Positions 9,093 through 18,084 of a stretch of DNA of 44,857 bases are shown here, one piece after another. The position numbers and the translations under genes are program-made. Numbering within the stretch: position 1 is the first letter of the stretch; the number at the start of each line of letters is the position of its first letter. Under the pieces are notes generated by a model. It saw only the letters and a program-made list of their open reading frames with translations, did no database searches and was not told the origin of the DNA. This DNA comes from Deltaproteobacteria bacterium (GTDB lineage: Bacteria > Myxococcota_A > Polyangia > Nannocystales > Nannocystaceae), in NCBI GenBank assembly GCA_947492135.1, contig CANLQR010000004.1, forward strand, positions 1-44,857, read 5' to 3'.

Positions 9093-11872
9093 GCCGGTGT
9101 CCCCAGCGCCCGCCGCATCGACAGCTCGATCAACCGCAACAGGTTGGTCGAGCGGTCGGCGTTGGTGGTGCCGGCTCCGGCATAGATCCGTTCGGCCTCG
9201 ACCGCCCGGCCGATCGCCGCGTCGAGCTCGCCGTCGAGCCCATCGAGCCGCGACAGCTGGGCCAGAGCCAGGGCGGTATCCGGCGAGCTGGGGCTGTTGG
9301 CCCGCAGCGCCAGCACGCGATCGAGCTCGGTGCGGGCGTCGACGAACCGACCGAGATCGACCAGGACCAGCGCGCGGGCCTGGTGAGTGTGGGCGGTCTG
9401 AATGTGATCGGCGCCGATCGTGGCGACTTCGATGTCGGCGACCTGGTCGAGCCGCGCCAGCGCCTCGTCGAAGCGGCCCTGGCGGCGGCGCACCTCGGCG
9501 AGGTTCATGAGCACGCGCGCGGTCCGGGCGTCCTTGCGCGGCCCGGCGATCGCGAGCGCGCGCTCGAAGGCGAGCTCGGCCGCGGCAAGGTCGTCGCGCG
9601 CGTTCTCGATGGCGCCGAGGTTCAACCAGCCCGACACCACCCACGCGTGTTCGGGCCCATAGGTCGCGACGAACACCTCGATGGCACGGCGGGTGTACGC
9701 AGCGGCGGCCTCGAGGTCGGCGCCCGTCTGCGCCGCGAGGCCCAGGTTCATCAGCGCTCCGCCGACCCGGGGGTGCAGCGCGCCCAGTCGCGCCACCGCC
9801 TCGTCGTGCAGCGGGAGCAGCATGGCCCGCGCCTCGTGGTGACGACCCAGGCCGAGCAGCGTCGACGCGGTGGTCATGCGCGCGTGCCAAAGCTGGGATG
9901 CATCGCCATCGGCGGCGGACTCGAGCACCGCGATCGCCCGTCGGCACGCGACCAACGCGTCCTCGGGGCGGCCCTGGGCATCGTGGAGCTGACACGCGGC
10001 GCGGGCGATCCCGGCCTCGAGCTCGGGGTGCGATCCGTCGACCCGCGCGAGCGAGGCCTCGGCATGGCGGAGCCACTGCGCGGCGGCCTCGAGCTCCGCG
10101 GTGCGCGTGCGCTCGGTCGCGGCACCGTAGGCGCGGCGCGTCGCACGACGTGGCTGATCCAGAGCCATGGCAATCGCGTGGGAGTGCTCGATCGCTTCGG
10201 CGCCCGAGCCCGGCGACTGCTCGCCGCGGGCCAGGCCCAGCACGAACAGCGCGTCGCCTCGCGTCGCCTCGCCACCGTTGGCCTCGTCGAGGCTCGCGGT
10301 CGCGATCGCGATCGCGGTGGCATAGTCGCCGGCGAGGTGGGCGGCGCGTGCCGTCGCGATCCGACTGTCGATCGTGCCGTCGATGGCGGCGTCCTCGGTG
10401 CCTGCCCGCGACTCGGGTGACTCGCACTCGCGCGGGTCGGGCAGGCCATCGACGGCCGCCAGGGCGCGCTCGGCCAGCTTGGGCGACGCCTCGCCGAGGC
10501 GAGCGACCAGTGCGTCGGCGGTCGCGAGGCCCTCGCGCAGGCAGCCGACCCGCCGATCCAGCAAGGTCTCGTCCGCGACCCCATCATGCCACGTCGCTCG
10601 ACACGCGCCGACGTGGCGATCGATCCACCGCTCGCCCCACGCATCGACGGCCGCGCCGACGTTGGCCGCGGTGGTCTCGGCGTAGGGCACACCGGTGGCG
10701 CGTAGCGCCCGGCCGATCGCATCACGACGATCGGCGGTCCACACCGCGTCGAGCTCGGCGCGCGCCACCGCCGGATCGCAGCGTGGTCCGGTGTCCTCGC
10801 GCGCGTTGTAGACCCAGCCGAGCACACCGAGCCCACCGACGACACCCAGGCCCACCACCGCCAGCCGTCGACGTCGTCGCGACGCCCGCCCGATCGCAGC
10901 CAACAGCGCGGTCATGGACTCGAAGCGCATCGCCGGGTCGGCCGCCAGCGCGCGCTGCAGCAGCGGCGCGAACCAGCCCGGCACACCGCCGGTGACCGGT
11001 GGCACGGGCGGTCCGCGATCGATCGCGTCCAACAGCTCGATCGACGTCCGACCGGCAAACGGCGGCACGCCGAACACGACCTCCCACGCGGTCACCGCGA
11101 ATCCGAACTGATCGCTGCTGGCGTCGGCCCGCCCGCCCCGGTGCTGCTCGGGGGCCATGTAGCGCGGCGTGCCCATGATCGCGCCGGTCCGCGTCAGCGA
11201 CGACGACAGCGCCTCGTCGCGATCGTGTGCTCGCACGTCCGTCTCCGACGCGTCCGTGCGATCGTCGCGGGCCAGGCCGAAGTCTGCGACCTTCGCGGTG
11301 CCATCGTCCCCGACCAGGACGTTGGCGGGCTTGAAGTCGCGGTGGATCAGCCGGCGCGCGTGGGCGGTGCTCAGCCCGGCGCCGGCACCGACCAGCCACC
11401 GCAGCGCCGCCTCGAACCGATCGCGAGTGCCCGGCGAATGTTCGTGCGCCCACCGCTGCAGGGTCGTGCCGCGCACCAGCTCCATGGCGATGAAGTCGCG
11501 GCCGTCGATCGTACCGACCTCGAACACCTTCACCAGCCCGGGGTCGTCGACCGCGGCCATCGCCCGCGCCTCGCGGCGCAGCCGCTCGGTCGCGCCCCCC
11601 GATCCCAACGGCCGCAGGATCTTCACTGCGACCGCACGGGCCAGCGTGGTGTCGAGCGCCTCGTAGACCTCGCCGAACGCCCCCGCGCCGAGCCGTCGCA
11701 CGATTTGATAGCGCCCGAAGGATTCCGGCGGCGACTCGGTGCCGAACAACGACGCGAGCACGCCGCCGAGCCCATGACGGCCACCCAGGGTCAGCGGCGT
11801 GTCGGGGACGCGGGCCACGGCGGACGACGCGGACGCCTCGGACTCGTCGTCGTCACTGGACACGGGCGGCAC
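9077..11872 (-). CDS. Ser/Thr protein kinase with a TM segment and a C-terminal TPR-repeat region
   Basis: N-terminal kinase domain (GRYQIVRRLGAGAFGEVYEA...VAVKIL; HRDFKPANVLV; DFGLAR; GTPRYMAPE), a TM helix (VVGLGVVGGLGVLGW) and a long TPR/Ala-rich tail. Divergent (40 bp) from an ECF sigma-factor gene. Confidence 0.85.
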   Translation of the reverse strand: MPPVSSDDDESEASASSAVARVPDTPLTLGGRHGLGGVLASLFGTESPPESFGRYQIVRRLGAGAFGEVYEALDTTLARAVAVKILRPLGSGGATERLRREARAMAAVDDPGLVKVFEVGTIDGRDFIAMELVRGTTLQRWAHEHSPGTRDRFEAALRWLVGAGAGLSTAHARRLIHRDFKPANVLVGDDGTAKVADFGLARDDRTDASETDVRAHDRDEALSSSLTRTGAIMGTPRYMAPEQHRGGRADASSDQFGFAVTAWEVVFGVPPFAGRTSIELLDAIDRGPPVPPVTGGVPGWFAPLLQRALAADPAMRFESMTALLAAIGRASRRRRRLAVVGLGVVGGLGVLGWVYNAREDTGPRCDPAVARAELDAVWTADRRDAIGRALRATGVPYAETTAANVGAAVDAWGERWIDRHVGACRATWHDGVADETLLDRRVGCLREGLATADALVARLGEASPKLAERALAAVDGLPDPRECESPESRAGTEDAAIDGTIDSRIATARAAHLAGDYATAIAIATASLDEANGGEATRGDALFVLGLARGEQSPGSGAEAIEHSHAIAMALDQPRRATRRAYGAATERTRTAELEAAAQWLRHAEASLARVDGSHPELEAGIARAACQLHDAQGRPEDALVACRRAIAVLESAADGDASQLWHARMTTASTLLGLGRHHEARAMLLPLHDEAVARLGALHPRVGGALMNLGLAAQTGADLEAAAAYTRRAIEVFVATYGPEHAWVVSGWLNLGAIENARDDLAAAELAFERALAIAGPRKDARTARVLMNLAEVRRRQGRFDEALARLDQVADIEVATIGADHIQTAHTHQARALVLVDLGRFVDARTELDRVLALRANSPSSPDTALALAQLSRLDGLDGELDAAIGRAVEAERIYAGAGTTNADRSTNLLRLIELSMRRALGTPAHGMR

Positions 11873-11912
11873 GAGTCTACCCGAGGGCGGGTCGTGCTAG
11901 CGTGGCAGCGGC

Positions 11913-12509
11913 GTGGACGAGGATTTCGACCTGCTCGAGCGCTGGCGCGGCGGTGAGCGCAGCGCCGGCGAAGTATTGGTGACCCGCCACTTTGGCGCAG
12001 TGCGGCGATTCTTCGTCAACAAGACCTCGCGTGATCCCGACGACCTGACCCAGACCACGTTTCTGCGCTGCGTCGAGCAGCGCGAGGCGTTCGCCGGCCG
12101 CGGCAGCGTTCGCGCGTTCCTGTTCGGCGTCGCCCGCAACGTGCTGTACGAGCACTACCGCAAGGTCTATCGCGCCGACGTCGAGCCAGCGCAGACCTCG
12201 GTCGCCGATCTCGATCCCACGCCGAGCCAGATGGTCTCGGACATACAGTGGCACGGTCAGCTATTCGACACCCTGCGCGCGCTACCGGCCGAGATGCAGG
12301 TGCTGCTCGAGCTCCACTACTGGGAGGGCCTGTCGACCGCCGAGCTCGGCGTGGTGTTCGACGTGGCCCCCGGCACGATCAAGAGCCGGCTGTTCACCGC
12401 GCGCGGCGAGCTGCGCGAGCGAGCGCGCCGCCGCGGCTTCGATCTGGGCCTGGGCAAGGACGCGACGATCCCCGGCTGGGCCCGCAACCTCGCCGATCTG
12501 CGCGGCTGA
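11913..12509 (+). CDS. ECF-type RNA polymerase sigma-70 factor
   Basis: Sigma-70 region 2 (DLTQTTFLRCVEQREAFAGRGSVRAFLFGVARNVLYEHYR) and region 4 (LPAEMQVLLELHYWEGLSTAELGVVFDVAPGTIKSRLFTARGELR). No anti-sigma gene is adjacent; the partner appears to be the divergent STK. Confidence 0.85.
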   Translation: MDEDFDLLERWRGGERSAGEVLVTRHFGAVRRFFVNKTSRDPDDLTQTTFLRCVEQREAFAGRGSVRAFLFGVARNVLYEHYRKVYRADVEPAQTSVADLDPTPSQMVSDIQWHGQLFDTLRALPAEMQVLLELHYWEGLSTAELGVVFDVAPGTIKSRLFTARGELRERARRRGFDLGLGKDATIPGWARNLADLRG

Positions 12510-12523
12510 ACCTGCACTCTTCG

Positions 12524-12607
12524 ATGACGAGCAAGCCCGTCGCGTTCCTGTGCGCCGATCTCGGCGTGACCAAGACCCACTCGCGCCCAACCGCGACTCG
12601 TCGCTGA
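12524..12607 (+). pseudogene. Possible relic of a transposase/integrase-core (rve) C-terminus
   Basis: The 27-codon remnant MTSKPVAFLCADLGVTKTHSRP... resembles, from memory, the conserved C-terminal stretch of some IS integrase-core transposases (...LGVTKTHSRPHVSNDNP...). It diverges after HSRP and no upstream body is present. Weak. Confidence 0.2.
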
Positions 12608-12707
12608 TCCCACATCTCGTCAGGCGCTCTGCACGTTGTCGGCGCGGCACCTCGCGCAGCCCGCCCAGGCCTTGACTCGATACGGCCGGGCGTCCTATCG
12701 GTAGGAA

Positions 12708-13640
12708 GTGCCACAGCCCGTCTACGATTTGTTCTTCGGTCCGGCCAATGACGAGCTCTGCGATCATCCGCGCGGACTGGAGTACGCGAGCGCTCGTAGG
12801 TTCGTGCGGCCCGACGCCACGCGCGCGGGGCATGCGGGCGGACATGCGCCAGCGATTGCTGTCGACGCATGGCCGCGCTCGCCGAGCACGGGATACCCGA
12901 TGGCGCACCTGCTGACGCTCGAGCTGCCGTTGGAGTACCGACGCAAAGGGCCCGATCTCGTGGGGCTCGCGCTCTTCCAAGCCGACGACCATGTGGCTAC
13001 GCCCACGCCAGGTGCGAGGGAAGCCTTGATGACCGGCGTCGCCTCGCACACAAGTGCCCTGCTTGCGTCGTTGGTGCGGGCGCACGGCGCCAGGCACCCG
13101 CAGAGGGTCGATCTCGTCGACTTGATCGGCGGTCATTTCGCGGTCCTCTGGTTGCGAGACGAAGAGCTGCGCGGCCCTCGGACCGCCCCCCCTGCGGACG
13201 ACCGCGACCCCACCTCGCCCGTCGAAACTGGTCAGAACATGAACGCGTGGGACCACACCAAGCCGGAGCTCGCGGTGTGGCTTGCCGAACGTTCGTTCGA
13301 CCCCAACGCCGGGAAAGCGCCAACCGAAGGCTCGATCTACGACGACGACGACGACAACGACGACGACGACGACGATGCAGACGGGCCGCCTCCACCCTAC
13401 GAGCCTTCCGATGCGTACGTGGATGTGGTGCTGACGCGCGTCGAGAAGCTCAAGGCCTTTTACGAGGAACACCACGGACGAAGTCATCTCGGCGGCACGT
13501 GCTTGCCGGTGCAGCAGCTGCCCGAAGGCCTCACGCCGTGGTTCTTGGAGCTCGAGAACGATATTGGCGGCGCCAACTTCGGTGGTGGCAATCTGCAGTA
13601 CGATCTCGAGAGGGATATCCTCGACTGGGCATGCGGTTGA
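12708..13640 (+). CDS. Hypothetical protein with a DUF1963 (YwqG)-like C-terminal region and a poly-Asp tract
   Basis: 310 aa. The C-terminus HLGGTCLPVQQLPEGLTPWFLELENDIGGANFGGGNLQYDLERD resembles the DUF1963 pattern (LGG-P-W-Q ... FLLQLDSD ... GDxG). An internal DDDDDNDDDDDDAD run is present. No signal peptide. Confidence 0.5.
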   Translation: MPQPVYDLFFGPANDELCDHPRGLEYASARRFVRPDATRAGHAGGHAPAIAVDAWPRSPSTGYPMAHLLTLELPLEYRRKGPDLVGLALFQADDHVATPTPGAREALMTGVASHTSALLASLVRAHGARHPQRVDLVDLIGGHFAVLWLRDEELRGPRTAPPADDRDPTSPVETGQNMNAWDHTKPELAVWLAERSFDPNAGKAPTEGSIYDDDDDNDDDDDDADGPPPPYEPSDAYVDVVLTRVEKLKAFYEEHHGRSHLGGTCLPVQQLPEGLTPWFLELENDIGGANFGGGNLQYDLERDILDWACG

Positions 13641-13711
13641 GGTGCTGCTCGAGCTCCACGACTGGGAGGCCGCGCCTCTGCCGGGCGCGCCCATGCAGGT
13701 GAGCCCCGGCG

Positions 13712-14713
13712 CTAGGGCACGCAGCAGACGGTGCGCGGTGCCGTGGCTTGCGCCGGGGTCATGCACCCCAGCCGCGTGTCGCCTGCCATTGCGGAGGCGA
13801 AGGCTCCGTTTTGCTGGCAGCCACGGCCCGCGACGACCTCGCCGGGGCTGGCCGGGGTCTCGCACATCGTGTCCGTGAAGAGCCAGACACGCGCAGCGCC
13901 ACACCATTCGCTCATCGAGCACGAGCACGCGGCGCACTCGACGTGCTGCGCCTCGGGCAGCGGCACGGTGCCCAAGGGGCACATCGCGGCGGGCTCGTCC
14001 GCCATCACACACACGCGCTGCATCGCATTGCACTCGACAGCGTCGGGCAGCACGCAGACGGTCCAGGGCGGGAGTTCGTCGGCGACCGGTACACCTTGGC
14101 CGCTGCATTCGCCGCCGGGTGCGAGAAACGAGATGTCCTGATACAGCGCCGGATTCGGGTCGGCGAAGTCGGACACGCACTGCGCTGCCAGGAGATCGGT
14201 CTCGGTCACCGACACGCCGCACCCGCCCGGCGACGAGAGCAGGCTGAGCGAGCACTGCTGGGCGTGCGGTCCACAGTCGCACCCGCATTCGACCGTCTCG
14301 GTGGTCGGCAGCAGCACCTCGACCTGGGACACTCCGTCCGGGCACTCGGGCGGGGGCTCGCCAGCGATGCCGATGCGAACGAGCATCCAGTCCGACCAAC
14401 CGTCTCCGGGCTCGATCGCGTCGGTCGAGCAGTCCGGTGCGCCCGAGGTGCTCGAGCCGGCGCCCTCGGTCGACATGGCCCCGGTGCTGGACTCGGTCGA
14501 GTCGGCGAGCGTCGTGCCCGGGCTGCTCGTGCCGACGCTGCTCGTGCCGACGCTGCTCGTGCCGACGCTGCTCGTGTCGACCATCTCGGTGGCCGACGAC
14601 GTGGGTGCGTCGATCGACGGCGCCTCGCCGAAGCAACCAGACAGCCCGAACAGGAACGTCGCGATGCCCAACGGCCGATTCACCACGAGTTGCAGGCCGA
14701 GTCGCAAGCGCAT
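13712..14713 (-). CDS. Cys-rich secreted lipoprotein (myxobacterial Cys-rich repeat type) with a (TSSVG)3 tandem repeat
   Basis: The internal ATG at 14713 gives the signal MRLRLGLQLVVNRPLGIATFLFGLSGC. A 15-nt x3 tandem repeat encodes TSSVGTSSVGTSSVG. The C-terminal half has more than 25 Cys in CxxC/ECP-type spacing. Confidence 0.65.
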   Translation of the reverse strand: MRLRLGLQLVVNRPLGIATFLFGLSGCFGEAPSIDAPTSSATEMVDTSSVGTSSVGTSSVGTSSPGTTLADSTESSTGAMSTEGAGSSTSGAPDCSTDAIEPGDGWSDWMLVRIGIAGEPPPECPDGVSQVEVLLPTTETVECGCDCGPHAQQCSLSLLSSPGGCGVSVTETDLLAAQCVSDFADPNPALYQDISFLAPGGECSGQGVPVADELPPWTVCVLPDAVECNAMQRVCVMADEPAAMCPLGTVPLPEAQHVECAACSCSMSEWCGAARVWLFTDTMCETPASPGEVVAGRGCQQNGAFASAMAGDTRLGCMTPAQATAPRTVCCVP

Positions 14714-14912
14714 GATCTCGAGCCTACCACTGCGGACGCGCGCACGCGCGCACGCGCGCACGTGCGTACGGCGTGCCCGGCCTCGTCACGGCAGTCGTTG
14801 TCCCCCCGGCGGGCCAGCACCAGGCACCGCCGAGACGCCACCAGCCGCCATGTCGCAGCGATTTTCCGCCTTCGGCAATCGAAAGGCTCGCTCGCGCATC
14901 GACCCTCGCGGA

Positions 14913-16624
14913 ATGCGCCACCTTCTCGCCAGCTTTGCCGGATTGACCCTGATGTTCTCGGTTTCCGGCGCTCGCGCCCAAGACGCCCGCCTTCGGGTGA
15001 TCTTGAGTGGGGCCGACAACCCGACGCCGCTGGTGGAGTACGCCACCGCACGCGTTGGTCCCTACGTCGCCTTGTCGAGAACCGGGAGGATCACAGCAAC
15101 CGTGAACCTGTCCGAGGGTGCACCGGACACCTCGGCGCTGGTCGTGGCGAGACTCGACACGACCACCGACAACTTCGACTTCTCGCTCATCGCTCGCGAC
15201 GGTCAGGTCATCCACCCTGGCCTCGGCCTCACGCTCGACCGCATCGTCTCCGACTTTCGCGACGTTGGCTTCGACGGCGAGTGGGCGCTCTTTCAGAGCG
15301 TCGCGCCAAACGGGCTCCGCGTGCTCTACGGCGGCGCCGGCACCATGGAACTATTCTCGACGGGGGGCGAGCAGTGTCCGGGTTTGCCACCGGGCATCCT
15401 CCAGGGCGGCGGCGATGGCGACGTGAGAGTCAACATCGCCGGCGACACCGGGTTTGCCGACTGCGGCGGATTCAACATCAACGAAACCATCGTGTCGTTC
15501 ACCAATCCGCCGCAAGGTGCCACCGGCGGGTTCCTGGGAGGCTCCGGTCCTTTTGTCCGCGCCCTCGATGACGACGGCGGGCTCTGGGTGGCCGGAAGCA
15601 CCTCGTGTGCCGCTTGCGAGGGCGGCGTCATGCATGGTTTGTGGCGAATCGATCAAGACGGTCCGGTGCTCGCGTTCGACTCGAGCGCGTATTCACAGAT
15701 CGCCCACATCGTCCGCACCACCTTTCCCTCGCTCAACGGCAACGGCGAGTTCGCTGCCCTCGCCTTCGTCGGCCCCGCCGGCGCGAGCGGGCCCGCCAAT
15801 ACCGTCATCGCGGTCGCGGCCGGCGAGGTCACGGTCGTTGCCCGCGTGGGTGATGAGGCGGCTGACCGCCCTGGCCGCCCCATCACCTCGGTGTACGTTC
15901 ATCCCGGCGGTGCAAGCGGTGCCTACCTCGACGACGGCGGCGGCGTGGTCTTTCTCGCCGAGGTCGACAACCCGCCGGGCCGGGCGCTGCTTCGCTCATC
16001 GGGGGGGACGATCGAAACCGTCGTGATGACCGGCGATGTGGTCGATGAGCTCTTCGCGGGCTCGACGGTGACCGCGCTCGATCCGCAGCAGGTGGCCGTG
16101 AGCCGAACGGGTCACCTGGCCATCGCCGGCTCGGTCCAGCGACAGGGCTCATTGACGAGCTCGGCGGTGCTGTTCCTCGACGCCATCTCTCGGTCACCCA
16201 ATCCGAAACCGGATCGTCGATGCTCTCGATCGCGAATTCAGGGCCCGGGACCGCGGTCGGCGTCGTGGTCGAGCTGTCGGACTACACGGGTGGCGGGGAG
16301 GCAGCGGAGCGAATCTTCGTGGGATCCCTCGAGGTCGGTGAAGTTGCTCAGGTCGAGACGCTACTGGCCGACGATGGCGACTCGTTCGAGATCACAGCGC
16401 GAGTGCACTCGGAGATCGTCGACAACAACTTGACCAACAACACTGCCGTGTTGATCCGCGATGAGGAGTATCAACAGGGCTGCGGTTGCGTGGCGCTCCC
16501 TGCCCGCAAGGCTCCGGCAGCCGGCCTCGTCGCGATGGCCGTCGTTTTGGCAGCGGCGGGCCGACGGCGGCGCCGGCGGGCCCCGATCAAAAATTCACCT
16601 GACACTGGCCGGTCGTCGCACTGA
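14913..16624 (+). CDS. Secreted protein with a C-terminal CARDB-like domain and MYXO-CTERM-type sorting signal; an apparent frameshift near 16215-16222
   Basis: Frame 0 (14913-~16214) encodes the signal MRHLLASFAGLTLMFSVSGARAQD and a protein-like body ending ...SPNPKPD. Frame 2 (16223-16624) encodes LSIANSGPGTAVGVVVEL...DNNLTNNTAV (CARDB-like) then GCGCVALP-hydrophobic-RRRRRR (MYXO-CTERM-like). Each frame is non-protein-like beyond the junction. This is either a true frameshift/pseudogene or a 1-nt sequencing error. Confidence 0.5.
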
Positions 16625-17321
16625 CGCACATGTGCAAGTTCGGGCAGCACACGTGACCGCACTGGACCTGGCCATCGGGGCAGCTGGGCTGTCGCGGAGT
16701 ATTGTTGTCGCAACCTCCGCCGGCCTTGCACTGCACGTCGCAGCAAGTGTAGGAGGCGTTGGGGCTCTCGCTGGTCTTGCAGGTGGCCTGGGAGGACGTG
16801 CAGACGTTGTGGCAGCTGCCGTCGGAGCCGCAGCTCTGGCCCCACTCGCACGTCACGCCCTTGCAGGGGTCCGCCGGGGGGGCTGCGCCGCCATCGTCTC
16901 CACCTCCGTCGTTGTCTCCGCCGCCATTGCCCGCAGCTCCGCCGTCGCCACAGTCACCGCCGCCGTCGTCACCGCGAGCCGAGCCCTCGTCACCTCCAGG
17001 TGCCTCACCACCATCCGAAGGGTCACGCTCCTGGCCACCGCCATCCGCGGGGGGCGAGCCCTCGTCACCTCCACCCGCACCTTCATCGCCACGCGGCGAG
17101 CCACCGTCACCTTGCGCACCACCGTCGCCATCCGCCGCCGGTGAGTCCTCCCCTCCACCCGCACCGTCGTCGCCATCGCCGTCGCCATCGAAGAGCATCG
17201 CCAGGTTGGCACCGATCTCCGAACGCTGCGAAGCACCATCGTGCCGCGCACCGCCGCAGGCCAGCCCGAACGCCGCCCAGCCCGACAAAGACGAGATCAA
17301 AAGGATGTTCAGACTTCGCAC
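16587..17321 (-). CDS. Gly/Asp-rich lipoprotein with a C-terminal Cys-rich domain
   Basis: A GTG at 17321 lies 6 nt downstream of a perfect AAGGAGG and gives MRSLNILLISSLSGWAAFGLAC (lipobox). A long G/D/E/A low-complexity region is followed by a Cys-rich module (CKGVTCEWGQSCGSDGSCHNVC...). The 3' end overlaps the convergent gene by 38 nt. Confidence 0.6.
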   Translation of the reverse strand: MRSLNILLISSLSGWAAFGLACGGARHDGASQRSEIGANLAMLFDGDGDGDDGAGGGEDSPAADGDGGAQGDGGSPRGDEGAGGGDEGSPPADGGGQERDPSDGGEAPGGDEGSARGDDGGGDCGDGGAAGNGGGDNDGGGDDGGAAPPADPCKGVTCEWGQSCGSDGSCHNVCTSSQATCKTSESPNASYTCCDVQCKAGGGCDNNTPRQPSCPDGQVQCGHVCCPNLHMCVSATTGQCQVNF

Positions 17322-17527
17322 AGCAAGCCTCCTTGGCCGGGGATTACCGGCTTCTCGAACTGCGTGCCGCCGCGCCGCGATCGGTTGCTGGTGTAAAGCC
17401 ATGACGGCCGAGGTTTGCTGCACGCAGACACGAGCGCTAGCGGGCGGACCGTCGAGCTGACGCGCTGGTCACCGACGGCAGCGCGTCGTCGCTCGTTCGC
17501 TCCTCGGCCGCCGAGTACCTGACCTTC

Positions 17528-18075
17528 GTGGCGGCGAGCGGCACGGGCGGCGTCGAGGCGGTGTACGCCGACGAGAACGTGTGGCTCAGCCAGAAGATGA
17601 TGGCGCAGCTCTACGACGTGGAGGTCCCGACCATCAACTACCACCTGAAGAAGGTGTTCGAGGACAGCGAGCTGGAGGAGGACGCAGTTATCCGAAATTT
17701 TCGGATAACTGCCGCCGACGCCAAGACCTACGACACCAAGCACTACAACCTCTCGGCCATCATCGCCGTCGGCTACAAGGTCAACTCCGAGCGCGCGGTG
17801 CAGTTCCGCAAGTGGGCTACGCGCGTCGTCGAGGAGTTCACCATCAAGGGCTTCGCGATGGACGACGATCGCCTCCAGCGCGGCGGCTCCATCCTCAGCG
17901 ACCGGTACTTCGAAGAGCAGCTCCAGCGCGTCCGCGAGATCCGGCTGTCGGAGCGCAAGTTCTACCAGAAGATCACCGACATCTACGCCAGCTCGGTCGA
18001 CTACGACGTGACGGCGCAGGCCACCAAGCGCTTCTTCGCCACGGTGCAGAACAAGCTGCACTGGCTGCCCGCCGC
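17528..18075 (+). pseudogene. Virulence-RhuM-family protein gene, 3'-truncated
   Basis: Strong match to the RhuM family core (VWLSQKMMAQLYDV..TINYHLKKVF; VIRNFRITAADAKTYDTKHYNLSAIIAVGYKVNSERAVQFRKWATRVVEEF; YFEEQLQRVREIRLSERKFYQKITDIYA; FFATVQNKLHW). After about residue 180 the reading becomes junk and runs into the convergent LysR gene. Contains the 21-nt perfect palindrome ttatccgaaaTtttcggataa (~17687-17707). Confidence 0.6.
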
Positions 18076-18084
18076 CTTCGGGCC

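Noticed and set aside
8727-10427. 566-aa ORF (-) and 443-aa ORF 9089-10420 (+) inside the kinase gene
   Set aside because: Arg-rich alternative frames of the TPR region. The kinase frame has all the catalytic motifs.
12282-14636. 784-aa minus-strand ORF containing (RRHEQ)n spanning two real genes
   Set aside because: It overlaps the DUF1963-like and Cys-rich lipoprotein genes and its composition is junk (HEQRRHEQRR..., Arg-rich). It is a shadow ORF.
13748-15571. 607-aa plus-strand ORF
   Set aside because: Mostly antisense to the Cys-rich lipoprotein gene, with Arg-rich junk composition. Only the downstream part of this region is coding (as 14913 onwards in another frame).
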